A stretch of DNA of 64,000 bases from contig DYFS01000002.1 in the NCBI GenBank assembly GCA_020725055.1, forward strand, positions 622 to 64,621, read 5' to 3'. Position numbers and translations under genes: made by a program. Source of the stretch: Candidatus Hadarchaeum sp. GTDB lineage: Archaea; Hadarchaeota; Hadarchaeia; Hadarchaeales; Hadarchaeaceae. How positions within the stretch are numbered: the first letter of the stretch is position 1; every line of letters starts with the position of its first letter. The notes under the pieces are model-generated. The model was not told where the DNA came from. It did no database searches and saw only the letters and a list, made by a program, of their open reading frames with translations. Shown piece by piece: positions 18,488 to 28,083 of this stretch.

Positions 18488-19330
18488 TCACCTCAAAACA
18501 GCGATCGAGCCATAGCCGACAACCTGTGACATGGGACCAGCAGTATCCCCGCTCGTCGCGTACTTCAGAAGCTCTGCCTGCTTCCCCCCGAGATCCGACG
18601 CGGCGCGCAACATCGCAGCGACTGGTCCGTAACCGCACATGGTGATGCCCTCATCGTGTACGGTACGGAGGAGTCCGCGCCAGTCGATCGCCAATATCCT
18701 TTCACTCGCCTTCCTATCCTTCGCAACGGCATGCTGCTGGGGCTCGTAGTGGGTGAAATCTGTGGAAGCGATGATCACAACATCCTTCTTGGCAGCTGCT
18801 TTGGCGATCGCGCGGCCGGCCTCCCCGCTCGTTTCTTCGTCCTGCATCATCATACAAATCGGTGCTATCTTGAACTTGTCGCCGAACAGGTGTTGCATGA
18901 ATGGGAGCTGCACCTCCAGTGAATGCTCCCCCGCGTGCGCGACGGCGTCTTCGTCAATTATCTCGGAGGCTTGCTTGATCGAACCCGCGAGTTGTTTGTC
19001 TATCTCGACTTCACCGAGCGGGGTTCGCCATTTTCCCGAAGTCATGATTGAAACGCCGGAGCCGGCGCCAGTGTGGTTGGGCCCGATTACCACAACCGAG
19101 CTCGGTATACCATCCTGTGCCATTAAGGCAAATCCGTGCGCAGCGACCGGGCCGGAGTACATGTAGCCTGCATGAGGGGAAACCAGCCCCACCAGCCGCC
19201 GTGGTCCAGCCTGCGCGCGGGGCACTTTGCCAGGCCCGTGGGCGTGTGTATAGCACCACTCGATCTGCTTTAGCAGGGCTTGCTTAGTGCCGGCGTAGAA
19301 CTGCCCCGCAACCACAGGTTGTCGAATCAC
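18488..19330 (-). CDS. MEMO1-family protein (AmmeMemoRadiSam system protein B-like)
   Basis: 280 aa. Motifs [23 protein letters not shown] and DFTHYEP are typical of the Memo family. Confidence 0.6.
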   Translation of the reverse strand: MIRQPVVAGQFYAGTKQALLKQIEWCYTHAHGPGKVPRAQAGPRRLVGLVSPHAGYMYSGPVAAHGFALMAQDGIPSSVVVIGPNHTGAGSGVSIMTSGKWRTPLGEVEIDKQLAGSIKQASEIIDEDAVAHAGEHSLEVQLPFMQHLFGDKFKIAPICMMMQDEETSGEAGRAIAKAAAKKDVVIIASTDFTHYEPQQHAVAKDRKASERILAIDWRGLLRTVHDEGITMCGYGPVAAMLRAASDLGGKQAELLKYATSGDTAGPMSQVVGYGSIAVLR

Positions 19331-19959
19331 TCCTTCACCGCTCCGGGCTTGGTTTCAAATTCTTCAACCGAGACCCCAAAAGGCGCATCCGGCACAAGCT
19401 CCCCACGCTCCCTCAACACCTGCCGCGCCAGAAGCCAATAAACGAGCGCCAGCGCCTTTCGGCCCTTGTTGTTCGTCGGTATCACTAGGTCGATATCCGC
19501 GGTCTCGTTGTCCGTGTCGCAGAGCCCGATGACCGGTATGCCGGCCTCCGCCGCCTCGGAAACAGGCTGCGCGTCGGCGAGTGGGTCGGTCGCAACCAAG
19601 GCGTGCGGCTCCATGTACCCCTTGTAGGTGGGGTTCGTCAGCGTGCCTGGGATGAACCTGCCGGCGATCGCGATCGTCTTGGTCACCTCTCCGAACTTCA
19701 GCACCGGCTGCTGGCCGTACTGCCGGGCAGAAACCACGACCACGCGCGACGGCTCAAACTTCGCGAGGAGCTTGCCCGCCGCCCGGATGCGCTCGTCCGC
19801 CTTCCGAACGTCGAGCACGTAAAGCCCATCGGGTCTGACGCGGTAGATGAAAGGCGCCATCGCCCCCGTCTTCTGCCTCGTACCGATGTGGACGCCGCTC
19901 GACAGGTACTGGTCCATCTCCACAAGCCATTCCCTACCTTCGATTTCTCCTACTTCCAC
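19327..19959 (-). CDS. rps2: Ribosomal protein S2
   Basis: [14 protein letters not shown]...[24 protein letters not shown]. 210 aa. Confidence 0.85.
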   Translation of the reverse strand: MEVGEIEGREWLVEMDQYLSSGVHIGTRQKTGAMAPFIYRVRPDGLYVLDVRKADERIRAAGKLLAKFEPSRVVVVSARQYGQQPVLKFGEVTKTIAIAGRFIPGTLTNPTYKGYMEPHALVATDPLADAQPVSEAAEAGIPVIGLCDTDNETADIDLVIPTNNKGRKALALVYWLLARQVLRERGELVPDAPFGVSVEEFETKPGAVKE

Positions 19960-21215
19960 GGCAACTCCCCCATTTTCGCCTTTTTGCCTAATTCTTCTTC
20001 AATGCGGATGAGCTCATTAAGCTTGGCTATCCGCTCGCCCCCAACGACCCCCGTCTTGATGAGCGGGCAACCCCAGCCAACAGCCAGGTGAGCGATCGTC
20101 TCGTCAGGCGTCTCTCCAGAGCGATGTGACATCACCGGGACGCAGCCGTGCTTTTTTGCAAGCTGCACGGCTTGGAAAGCATCGGTCAGCGTTCCTATCT
20201 GATTGGGCTTTATCAGCACGGCGTTGGCCGCACCAGCTTTTATCCCTTTTTTAATCCTCGCGGTGTTCGTCACGAAAAGGTCATCTCCACATACCAGACA
20301 TCGCTTGCCGATTTTTCTTGTCAATTCGGCGAAACCATCGAAATCCTCCTCTTCCAGCGGGTCCTCGACATAGAAAAGCTTGTATTTCTCAACCAGCCCA
20401 ACGACAAAATCTATCTGCTCCCCGGCATCGCGGGATTTACCTTCACGCTCATAGATGTACGCCCGTTTTTTATCATCGCAGAGGCTACTTGCTGCGACAT
20501 CCAACGCTAGCCTGACTTCGAACCCAACTTCATCGCTGATATCCCCACAGGCTTTATAAACAACTTTGAGGGCAGCCAAATTATCGAGGTTGGGGGCCCA
20601 GGCGCCCTCGTCGCCCTTGCCGCCCGTGAATGTTTTGTCTCTAGCCTCGATCAACGCCTTAACCCTCTTATGAACTTGGGTGTTCGCAAGCACCGCGTCT
20701 ACAAATTTCTTCGCGCCGACCGGTATCGCTATGAACTCTTGAATATCCGGCGCCATTTTGCCCGCGTGCGCCCCGCCGCCGAGCACGTTTCCGAGGGGGT
20801 ATGGTAACCTCGTCACTCGCTCGCCTCCGAGATATTTAAACAGAGGTATGCCGCGCGCTGAAGCCGCTGCTTTTGCCACGGCCATCGAAACCGCAACCGC
20901 TGCATTTCCACCTATCTTTGAAAAGTTCGATGTCCCATCAACCTCGTGAAGAAGCGAGTCAACTTTCTCTTGATTGTCCACGGCAACACCGAGCAACTTT
21001 GCGGCCACCGATTTTTTCACAGCCCTGACCGACGCACCAACACCGCCTTCTGGGAACGCAACTACTTCATGTTTGCCCCTGCTCGCGCCGCTCGGAGCCG
21101 CCGCTCGACCGAAACCGGCCACTCTGCCCTTAGCTGTCACTTCCACTTCTATCGTCGGATTGCCGCGGCTATCGAGAACCTCGCGAGCGGTCATGCTCTC
21201 AATAATCGCACCCAT
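19950..21215 (-). CDS. eno: Enolase
   Basis: [26 protein letters not shown]...[18 protein letters not shown]. 421 aa. Confidence 0.9.
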   Translation of the reverse strand: MGAIIESMTAREVLDSRGNPTIEVEVTAKGRVAGFGRAAAPSGASRGKHEVVAFPEGGVGASVRAVKKSVAAKLLGVAVDNQEKVDSLLHEVDGTSNFSKIGGNAAVAVSMAVAKAAASARGIPLFKYLGGERVTRLPYPLGNVLGGGAHAGKMAPDIQEFIAIPVGAKKFVDAVLANTQVHKRVKALIEARDKTFTGGKGDEGAWAPNLDNLAALKVVYKACGDISDEVGFEVRLALDVAASSLCDDKKRAYIYEREGKSRDAGEQIDFVVGLVEKYKLFYVEDPLEEEDFDGFAELTRKIGKRCLVCGDDLFVTNTARIKKGIKAGAANAVLIKPNQIGTLTDAFQAVQLAKKHGCVPVMSHRSGETPDETIAHLAVGWGCPLIKTGVVGGERIAKLNELIRIEEELGKKAKMGELPWK

Positions 21216-21312
21216 CCCATCGCCTACTGAACATGGTTATCTATAGTTTAAGTAAGCTGCGTCGAGAATTAGCTGGTTCAGGTGTTTAATAGGCAGGTGG
21301 CCAAAAAATATC

Positions 21313-22125
21313 TTGGTTGGGATGCGGACACAAAAACCTGTCTTAACTAGGCGCCGCGGGAGGGCGCGGCGGGTAACGCTGTTCAAAGCGGCTACGATTG
21401 CCACACTTGCGTTTTTGATCGGTGCCTGCGTTGGAACCACCGTCTACCGCCTTGGGGGTATGCGGCCCCATCCAAAACCCGTCGCATTTTTCGGGGAGAA
21501 CTACCGCGAGGCATCTGGCAACATCGCAGCGGTGCGCTCGGATGGCGCGGGTGTAATTGCCAATTTAACCGTCAGAGTAAGCCTTGGCGATGGCCGCATC
21601 TTAGTGGATACTCATCCCTTGATCGGATTCAATTTCCAGTACTCAGAGCGGATTGCGGTAAAGGTGGCCGCGGAACTCACGAATACCCTCCTCGATAACG
21701 ATGGCGTGGGGCTGCATGGGGCAAACGTCCTTTTCATTGTATCAAGCAAGGCCGGAGAAGTGGAAATTCATGCTATCGATGGGCCAAGCGCAGGGGCCGC
21801 AGCGACCATCGCCACTGTGGCCGCGATCGAAAACAGAAAGATGAGGGGGGATGTCATCATTACTGGCACCATCAATGAAGACCACAAAATCGGGTTCATC
21901 AGCGGGGTTGCTGCAAAAGCCAAGGCTGCCAACGACGCCGGGGTCCGCCTCTTCCTTGTCCCAAAAGGCCAGTATGTCGAGGTGTACGAGCAAGTGGGGA
22001 TGTTCACTATCGTGCGCCACAGGCCCATCTCTCATCTGCAAAACTACGCAGCTCAGCAGGGGTGGCAGATACAAATCCGAGAAGTGACAACAATGGAGGA
22101 AGCTGCTGAGCTCATGCTCGAATAG
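21313..22125 (+). CDS. Membrane-anchored Lon-like (S16) protease-domain protein without an ATPase module
   Basis: N-terminal TM (ATLAFLIGACVG). The Lon proteolytic core IDGPSAGAAATIATVAAI...K with a Ser-Lys dyad is present. Confidence 0.5.
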   Translation: MVGMRTQKPVLTRRRGRARRVTLFKAATIATLAFLIGACVGTTVYRLGGMRPHPKPVAFFGENYREASGNIAAVRSDGAGVIANLTVRVSLGDGRILVDTHPLIGFNFQYSERIAVKVAAELTNTLLDNDGVGLHGANVLFIVSSKAGEVEIHAIDGPSAGAAATIATVAAIENRKMRGDVIITGTINEDHKIGFISGVAAKAKAANDAGVRLFLVPKGQYVEVYEQVGMFTIVRHRPISHLQNYAAQQGWQIQIREVTTMEEAAELMLE

Positions 22126-22568
22126 GCGCTTAAGAGTTGCCCGTTTCTGCCGAAATCTGTCAACATGTCCCCAAACTAAATTCGCGGGTGGGTTTTGTTC
22201 TTTGAGGTGTTTTACGAAACCTTTTTCTGAGATGGTGGGGCCGCCGGGATTCGGAGTTCCAGAGCTGAATTCAGGGATTCGAAAAAGGAGCGAGAGAAAA
22301 GGCAAAAGCGGGTGCTACATCGCGAGGGGTATGGAATTGCCTAATGGAACCGAGAAGTCCTACCCCCATCCTGGGAGATGCACAATCATCTGCACCGATG
22401 GGAAGAAGCCGTTGGCGTACTGCTTGGACTCAAAAAAGACGATCGATGGCTCACGGTCAAATTAAGTCATTTCCCCCAAATCACACCGTAGTTTAAATAT
22501 AACATGGTCCAGTAATAGTGGAGGCTGACTAGGCGGTGGGAGGACAAAACCAAAAGAGGTGATGTCCC

Positions 22569-23102
22569 ATGGTCAGGCCGACCATTTTGCCCCTGAGCAA
22601 GGGGGAGATAAAGGAAATAGAGGAGTTCGCAGCCAAAGCGAAATCTTCAAGGGAGTACAAGAGAGCTCAAGCGGTGCTTTGTAAATCGAAGGGGATGTCG
22701 GCTACGAAGATAGCCGAGGCCCTCGGCGTGCACTGGAGGACGGTCCAAACGTGGATTGCGAATTACAGTGAGCGAGGGATGGTGAGTTTCAAAGATAGGT
22801 CGAGATCAGGAAGACCGCCGAAACTTACGGAGGAAGCCAAGCGGAAGCTCCTGAGCGCTGCGCTGAAGAGCCCGAGGCTTTTCGGCTTTTTGAAGAACAA
22901 CTGGAGTCTAGAGATGCTTGGGCTCTACCTGAAGCGCGAAACAGGGGTGGACATAAGCAAGAGCCACATCCAGAGACTCCTGAGAAAGCACGAAATAGTT
23001 TATAAGAGACCGAAGCTCGTTGCGCCCGAAAAACGTGGAAAGAGGGCCAAGAAAGTCGAAAACTACAAGCGGGTCGCCAGCGCCCTCCGAAAAAAAGGGT
23101 GA
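22569..23102 (+). CDS. IS630 transposase OrfA (HTH part)
   Basis: MVRPTILPLSKGE...GRPPKLTEEAKRKLL. It ends 4 codons after the A7 run at 23090-23096. Confidence 0.6.
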   Translation: MVRPTILPLSKGEIKEIEEFAAKAKSSREYKRAQAVLCKSKGMSATKIAEALGVHWRTVQTWIANYSERGMVSFKDRSRSGRPPKLTEEAKRKLLSAALKSPRLFGFLKNNWSLEMLGLYLKRETGVDISKSHIQRLLRKHEIVYKRPKLVAPEKRGKRAKKVENYKRVASALRKKG

Positions 23103-23596
23103 TGGTGGCTTTCGAGGACGAGACTTGGGCGGAACTTCTGCCGAAGCTGTGGAAGTGCTGGTACATCAAAGGCAAACAGCTCGAGATCGAGACGCCTGGG
23201 ATAAACGAGCGGATAAACGTGTTCATAACGCTGGACTTCGCCGGCGGCGAGCTGATCTACAGCATTCACCAGAGAAGGAGGAGCAGGGAATTCAAGTACC
23301 ACTTGAGGAAGGTGATGGAGCGAGCGAGGAAAGGGAGGTTCAAGCGGGTGATCCTGATAGCGGACAACTCGCCGGTACACCGTAGTGTCGAGAGCAGGAG
23401 ATTTCTCAGGAAAAACACGGGTTTCCTAAAGGTGCTCAACCTGCCTTCCTATTCGCCGAACCTGAATGAGGTCGAAGGCGTGAACAGGCAGCTCAAGCGA
23501 GATGTCTGCGCTAACTGGCACTACGGCAACCTCAAGGATCTAGGGAGGGTCGTCAGGGAATACCTCAAGAACTACACTACGGTAAAATTTAGGTGA
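23099..23596 (+). CDS. IS630 transposase OrfB (DDE part), in the -1 frame relative to OrfA
   Basis: ADNSPVHRS...LPSYSPNLNEVE (DDE motif). It overlaps OrfA by ATGA. cgA_AAA_AAA_ggg at 23090-23096 is in the X_XXY_YYZ register. A -1 slip gives ...ALRKK|RVMVAFEDETWAELLPKLWKCW. Confidence 0.6.
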   Translation: MMVAFEDETWAELLPKLWKCWYIKGKQLEIETPGINERINVFITLDFAGGELIYSIHQRRRSREFKYHLRKVMERARKGRFKRVILIADNSPVHRSVESRRFLRKNTGFLKVLNLPSYSPNLNEVEGVNRQLKRDVCANWHYGNLKDLGRVVREYLKNYTTVKFR

Positions 23597-23690
23597 TAAG
23601 ACTTAAAGATTGTTACAAAACAATTTTCGTCGCCGAATGCCCCTCGTGCAACTATTTAACTTTGTGAACCTTATTTTTTCGGGGGTTGAA

Positions 23691-24677
23691 ATGGAGTTGA
23701 TAACCGCCAGCGCGGGGAGTTATCCACGCATAGGTACTGCGCCTGAAAAACAACGGCTCAGGGCTGAGTACGCCCGCTTGGATAGGGGCGAGATCTCAAA
23801 GGAAGATTTCGCAAGGGTGCAGGATGAAGTGACCAAAGAAGTCATTGAGGAGCAGAGGCGCGCGGGAATTGAGCTGGCGACAGATGGGCAAGTGCGCTGG
23901 TATGACCAAATCTCCCACTTCGCTCGAAAACTCGATGGTTGTGAAATCAACGGTCTGCTCAGGCTGTTCGACACCAACTTCTATTTCCGCCAACCCGTGA
24001 TAAAAGGCAATGTTAGATGGGCCGCCCCAATAGTCGTCGGTGAATTTAAGTTTGCCAAAAAAGTTTCACCCATCCCAATCAAGCCCGTCGTGACCGGCCC
24101 TTACACGCTCGCCAGGCACTCTATCGACAAACACTACCACGATTTTTCGTCGCTCGTCGCTGATTTTGTCGTCGCGATTGGTAAAGAGGTGAATGCGTTG
24201 GCAAAAGCCGGAGCTGAGGTAATTCAGCTGGACGAACCTTCCATTCTGAAAAACCCTCAAGAGTTCAAAATTTTTGAGAGCGCGGTCGGAGAGGTCAGCA
24301 AAAACAAGGGGAAAGCGCGGTTGGCACTCTACACGTATTTTGGAGACGCCGCAAAGCTGTACGACAAGTTGCAAAGCCTCCCCATCGACATCCTTGGGCT
24401 GGACTTCAGCTACAGCCAAAAATTGGCGGCCGTCATCGAAGGCATGGGCTCCGAGAAAGAACTCGGGCTCGGGCTCGTCGACGGAAGAAACACGCGAATA
24501 GAAAACGTGAAGGAAACCGCGAAGGTTGTTGCAAAAATTCTGAAAAAGCTAGATGTTGATCGGGTTTACCTGAACCCATCATGCGGGCTCGACGAATACC
24601 TGCCGCGAGAGGTGGCGTTCGAGAAATTGAAAAACCTAGTCGCGATAGCCAAGCAGGTGAGGGCGGAGATGAAATGA
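23691..24677 (+). CDS. MetE N-terminal-domain-like protein (non-catalytic paralogue of cobalamin-independent methionine synthase)
   Basis: About 329 aa from MELITASAGSYPRIG. It has the UroD/MetE fold pattern (VVTGPYTL, NPSCGLD) but lacks the full His/Cys zinc set seen in the downstream gene. The 4-nt ATGA overlap with that gene suggests translational coupling. Confidence 0.5.
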   Translation: MELITASAGSYPRIGTAPEKQRLRAEYARLDRGEISKEDFARVQDEVTKEVIEEQRRAGIELATDGQVRWYDQISHFARKLDGCEINGLLRLFDTNFYFRQPVIKGNVRWAAPIVVGEFKFAKKVSPIPIKPVVTGPYTLARHSIDKHYHDFSSLVADFVVAIGKEVNALAKAGAEVIQLDEPSILKNPQEFKIFESAVGEVSKNKGKARLALYTYFGDAAKLYDKLQSLPIDILGLDFSYSQKLAAVIEGMGSEKELGLGLVDGRNTRIENVKETAKVVAKILKKLDVDRVYLNPSCGLDEYLPREVAFEKLKNLVAIAKQVRAEMK

Positions 24678-25681
24678 GGGAGAAACTCGAGTCGCTGGGA
24701 TTGGACCTGCCCCTGCTCCCGACGACGACCGTTGGTAGCTTCCCGAAGCCCAGGGAAGTGATGGAGGCCAGACAGAAACTCTTGGCTGGCAAGCTGACGA
24801 AGAAGGACCTGCGACCGCTAGAGGAGCAGGCGACGCGCTTCTGGATAAAGACGCAGGAGGAAATCGGGATCGATGTGTTGGTCGATGGCGAGATGTACCG
24901 CGGCGACATGGCCACGTACTTCGCTGAAAACCTCGATGGCTTCAAGATAAGCGGGCTCGTGCGCAGCTACGGCAACCGCTACTATCGAAAACCAATCATC
25001 TCCGGCAAGGTCAAGTGGCGCGGCCCCATCACCGTCGATTGGTGGAAGTTCGCACAGAGCCTGACGAAAAAACCGGTCAAAGGGATGCTCACGGGGCCGT
25101 ACACGATGATGGACTGGTCTTTCAACGAGTACTACCCGAACCGCCGAGAAGCCTGTCTCGATATGGCCCGCGCGTTGCACGAGGAGGTGAAGGCGCTCGC
25201 CGACGCTGGGGCCAAGATAATCCAAGTAGACGAGCCGGCTCTCTCGGCAAGGTCTGAGGAACTGGACGACTTCATCATCAAGGCGCTCGACATCGTCACA
25301 AAAGGCGTCGGCGCTTACTTCATCACCCACTCCTGCTACGGCGCGTTCGAGTTCATCTACCCGGACATGCTGAAGCTGCCCGTTGATAACTTTGACTTGG
25401 AGATGTCGAACTCCGAGCTCGACTTGGTTGAGATTTTTAGGCGCCACCCGTTCACAAAGGATATTTCATTCGGCGTGGTCGACGTTCACTCCCACGTGAT
25501 CGAGGATGTCGAAACTGTGAAGAAGCGAATCAAACGCGCGCTAGAGGTTTTGAAACCAGAGCAGCTCTGGGTAGACCCGGACTGCGGGCTCAAAACGCGG
25601 ACCCGGGAAGAAGCAATCGGAAAACTCCGGGCGATGGTGGGTGCAGCCGAAGAGGTAAGAAAATCGCTGAGCGAAAAATAG
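24674..25681 (+). CDS. metE: Cobalamin-independent methionine synthase, archaeal short form (MetE C-terminal catalytic domain)
   Basis: LPTTTVGSFPKP, ITHSCYGAF and DPDCGLKTRT provide the His/Cys/Cys zinc ligands. 335 aa. Confidence 0.75.
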   Translation: MREKLESLGLDLPLLPTTTVGSFPKPREVMEARQKLLAGKLTKKDLRPLEEQATRFWIKTQEEIGIDVLVDGEMYRGDMATYFAENLDGFKISGLVRSYGNRYYRKPIISGKVKWRGPITVDWWKFAQSLTKKPVKGMLTGPYTMMDWSFNEYYPNRREACLDMARALHEEVKALADAGAKIIQVDEPALSARSEELDDFIIKALDIVTKGVGAYFITHSCYGAFEFIYPDMLKLPVDNFDLEMSNSELDLVEIFRRHPFTKDISFGVVDVHSHVIEDVETVKKRIKRALEVLKPEQLWVDPDCGLKTRTREEAIGKLRAMVGAAEEVRKSLSEK

Positions 25682-25736
25682 CCTTAATATTGTTTTTATA
25701 CGTGAAATGAGAAGGGTTTTCGGAGGTGAAAGTAGA

Positions 25737-26045
25737 ATGGCGCAAACGTCTTCGCTGGCCTCGCGGATATTCTCGGAGTCTGTAGTTACTATTTGCATAG
25801 CAATCGGCGTACTTCTAATGTGGATTGCTACATTGGTCGGAACATTCGGCGAGGGAATTTCTGCAGTCAAAGCCATGATGGCATTAAGAAATACTGGGGT
25901 CGCTTTGGTAGGCGCGATGCTGGTCTGCGGAGGAGCGGCTAACCCGAAGATAGACAGGATCGTTAGGGTTGCAATGGTGGTAATGGGTACAATGATTCTG
26001 CTGGTGTTAGTTAGCGATGCCGTTACGACTCCGCGGATGTTCTAG
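25737..26045 (+). CDS. Small integral membrane protein, function unknown
   Basis: About 102 aa from MAQTSS, with three predicted hydrophobic helices. Confidence 0.35.
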   Translation: MAQTSSLASRIFSESVVTICIAIGVLLMWIATLVGTFGEGISAVKAMMALRNTGVALVGAMLVCGGAANPKIDRIVRVAMVVMGTMILLVLVSDAVTTPRMF

Positions 26046-26182
26046 AAGGGCCGCGTCGAAAAGTTTCCAATAAGTCAGCCTACTTTGCTCGAAAACGCAT
26101 CCGGGGCAGTTTAAGTGATAAGGTAGGGCATGGTATCAAACGTTACGGCGAGAACACTTCACGGCCGTGTATAGGTGAATGA

Positions 26183-26587
26183 GTGTCAAAAAAGGCGATT
26201 TGGGGTATCGACCGGGAGGCTCTCGAGCTAATCTTGGGAGCCTCGCGCTTGAGCCATCCCTGGGAATTCGCTGCGGTGCTACGCGCGAGGGAAAGTGTAA
26301 TCCGAGAGGTTTTGTTCTTGCCCGGGACCTTAGCTTTGAATCAATCGGCCGTACTCCGGCTTCACATGCTGCCCATCGACCCTAGCGCCTGCGGCACGGT
26401 ACACAGCCACCCATCCGGCAGCGCATCCCCATCGCAGGAGGACCTCATGCTTTTCACAAAGTACGGGCGCGTGCACATAATTGTTGCAGAACCTTTCGAT
26501 GAGCACTCTTGGCGGGCGTACGATTACCGCGGGAACGAGCTTAAGCTTGAAGTGACGGAGTTAAAAAAGCAGGTATCTAAAGGTTAG
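26183..26587 (+). CDS. Stand-alone JAMM/MPN+ metalloprotease (putative isopeptidase or deubiquitinase-like)
   Basis: 134 aa. GTVHSHPSGSASPSQEDL matches the H-x-H-x7-S-x2-D JAMM motif. The upstream Glu is in EFAAVLRARE. Confidence 0.6.
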   Translation: MSKKAIWGIDREALELILGASRLSHPWEFAAVLRARESVIREVLFLPGTLALNQSAVLRLHMLPIDPSACGTVHSHPSGSASPSQEDLMLFTKYGRVHIIVAEPFDEHSWRAYDYRGNELKLEVTELKKQVSKG

Positions 26588-26597
26588 TGAGTAAAAA

Positions 26598-28022
26598 ATG
26601 GGAAGCATCGCCCGAGGGAGGGCTTCACAAGTGAGGATGGATTTTGGCACGTCAAGGCGTAGAAACTTGGCCTTGGTTCTCGTTTTGGCGCTTGGGATTT
26701 CAATCGGGTTTTATGCAATTTTTCTGGTCCCTGAGAAGCCAAAGATACAGGAATACATGGAGGCCGTTTCCGAGATCCGGGGTCTGGGATTTAAGCGGCG
26801 GGTCCCTATGCGGACCATGACGCAGGAGAACCTTAGAAATTACCTAACAGAACGCTTAGACAGAGATTTCTCCCCAGAGAAATTGAAGAAGGCGGAAAGA
26901 ACCATTCGAGCTTTTGGGGTTTTCCCCGAAGACAGGGCCCTCAGAGAAACCGTGCTGGGCTTCTATAGCCAACTGATAATAGGTTTCTATGATCCGGAGA
27001 ACAAGGAATTTTTCCTAGTTGAGGAAGAAAACATTTCACAATATCTTCGCGAACAGGGAGCTCTGCTGGAAGCTTTCTTCAAAACTACGATAGAGGAGTA
27101 TGTGATCATCCACGAATTAACACATGCCCTTCAGGATCAGTACTTCGACCTGCAGACCCTCCCCATGAGGAAGGAAAATAACGATGACCTCTCTCTTGCC
27201 GTCTCAGCGTTGATCGAGGGTGATGCTCAATACACCACGCTGGACTACCTTTACCGGAAGATAGGCAAAAACCTCCAGATGTTTAGCACACTTATGAAAT
27301 CGAGTTATCTGCAGGTGATGAACACCGCGCAACCGATACCCGGACTCGAGAACTTCCCAATATTTTTGACGAAAATTTACATGTTTCCATACACTGGAGG
27401 ACTCCTCTTTACTATGGAGGGGCGAACGGAGAACTGGGGCGAAATCAATGAAGCTTACGCAGACCTCCCAGCTTCCACGGAGCAGATCCTCCATCCAGAA
27501 AAATACTTCGAAAATCGGGATTATCCCACCATCTTAACTCTGCCGGAGTTAGGCTCCATTCTAGGGGCAAAATGGGAACTGCAGGAAAACAACAACTTCG
27601 GCGAGTACGCTCTCGGCGTTCTGCTTCTACACTTCTTCCAAGAATCCGCAGATGTTCAGAAAAATCTGGAGGCTCGAGATGGATGGGATGGAGACTCCTA
27701 TTTTAGCTACTACAATGAGGATGAGAATACCGTCGCTCTGGTCTGGTTGACCACATGGGATAGCGAGGGGGATTCCGCTGAGTTCCAACAGCGATACCGG
27801 GAGCTACTAGAGAAAAAATACCCTGATGCGGAGATCCTCACCGAGGAGGAAAATTTACTGATTCTCGGAATCGAAAATAATCGAGTGCTCCTTCAGCGGA
27901 GGCAGAAAGACGTGCTCGTCTTGGAGAGAATCCCCGCCCGCCACCTTCAGGACGTTGCCGCAGAGATCTGGGAGAACACGGAGAGACACGAACTGAAGAA
28001 TGTCGAACGGGTTCCCGAGTAG
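26598..28022 (+). CDS. Membrane-anchored gluzincin-type metallopeptidase-like protein (HExxH...E), function unknown
   Basis: 474 aa with an N-terminal TM (LALVLVLALGISIGFYAIFLV). IIHELTHALQD (HExxH) is followed by EGDAQ about 28 aa downstream. The gene is visibly AT-richer than its neighbours. Confidence 0.45.
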   Translation: MGSIARGRASQVRMDFGTSRRRNLALVLVLALGISIGFYAIFLVPEKPKIQEYMEAVSEIRGLGFKRRVPMRTMTQENLRNYLTERLDRDFSPEKLKKAERTIRAFGVFPEDRALRETVLGFYSQLIIGFYDPENKEFFLVEEENISQYLREQGALLEAFFKTTIEEYVIIHELTHALQDQYFDLQTLPMRKENNDDLSLAVSALIEGDAQYTTLDYLYRKIGKNLQMFSTLMKSSYLQVMNTAQPIPGLENFPIFLTKIYMFPYTGGLLFTMEGRTENWGEINEAYADLPASTEQILHPEKYFENRDYPTILTLPELGSILGAKWELQENNNFGEYALGVLLLHFFQESADVQKNLEARDGWDGDSYFSYYNEDENTVALVWLTTWDSEGDSAEFQQRYRELLEKKYPDAEILTEEENLLILGIENNRVLLQRRQKDVLVLERIPARHLQDVAAEIWENTERHELKNVERVPE

Positions 28023-28083
28023 GTGTTTGCAGTGTTGAGCTCGAGAAGGCTTCCGGACCCGAGCTGGGTTTCAGAAAGATAGT

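Larger units (their letters stand above)
22488..23608 (+). mobile_element. IS630-family insertion sequence, copy 2 (about 1.1 kb), diverged from copy 1 and in opposite orientation
   Basis: Ends resemble copy 1 (TAGTTTAAATATAAC at 22488; GATAAGACTTAAAG at about 23595-23608). It shows the same two-frame HTH + DDE transposase with an A7 run at the junction. Confidence 0.55.

Noticed and set aside
22202-22465. 87-aa plus-strand ORF between the Lon-like gene and IS630 copy 2
   Set aside because: There is no motif, no obvious start context and mixed composition. It could be a small Cys-containing protein (MELPNGTEKSYPHPGRCTIICTDGKK) but the evidence is too thin to call.
2078-23608. Composite transposon formed by the two IS630 copies
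   Set aside because: The copies are diverged in sequence and in opposite orientation. The 19 kb between them consists of universally conserved housekeeping genes in canonical archaeal order.
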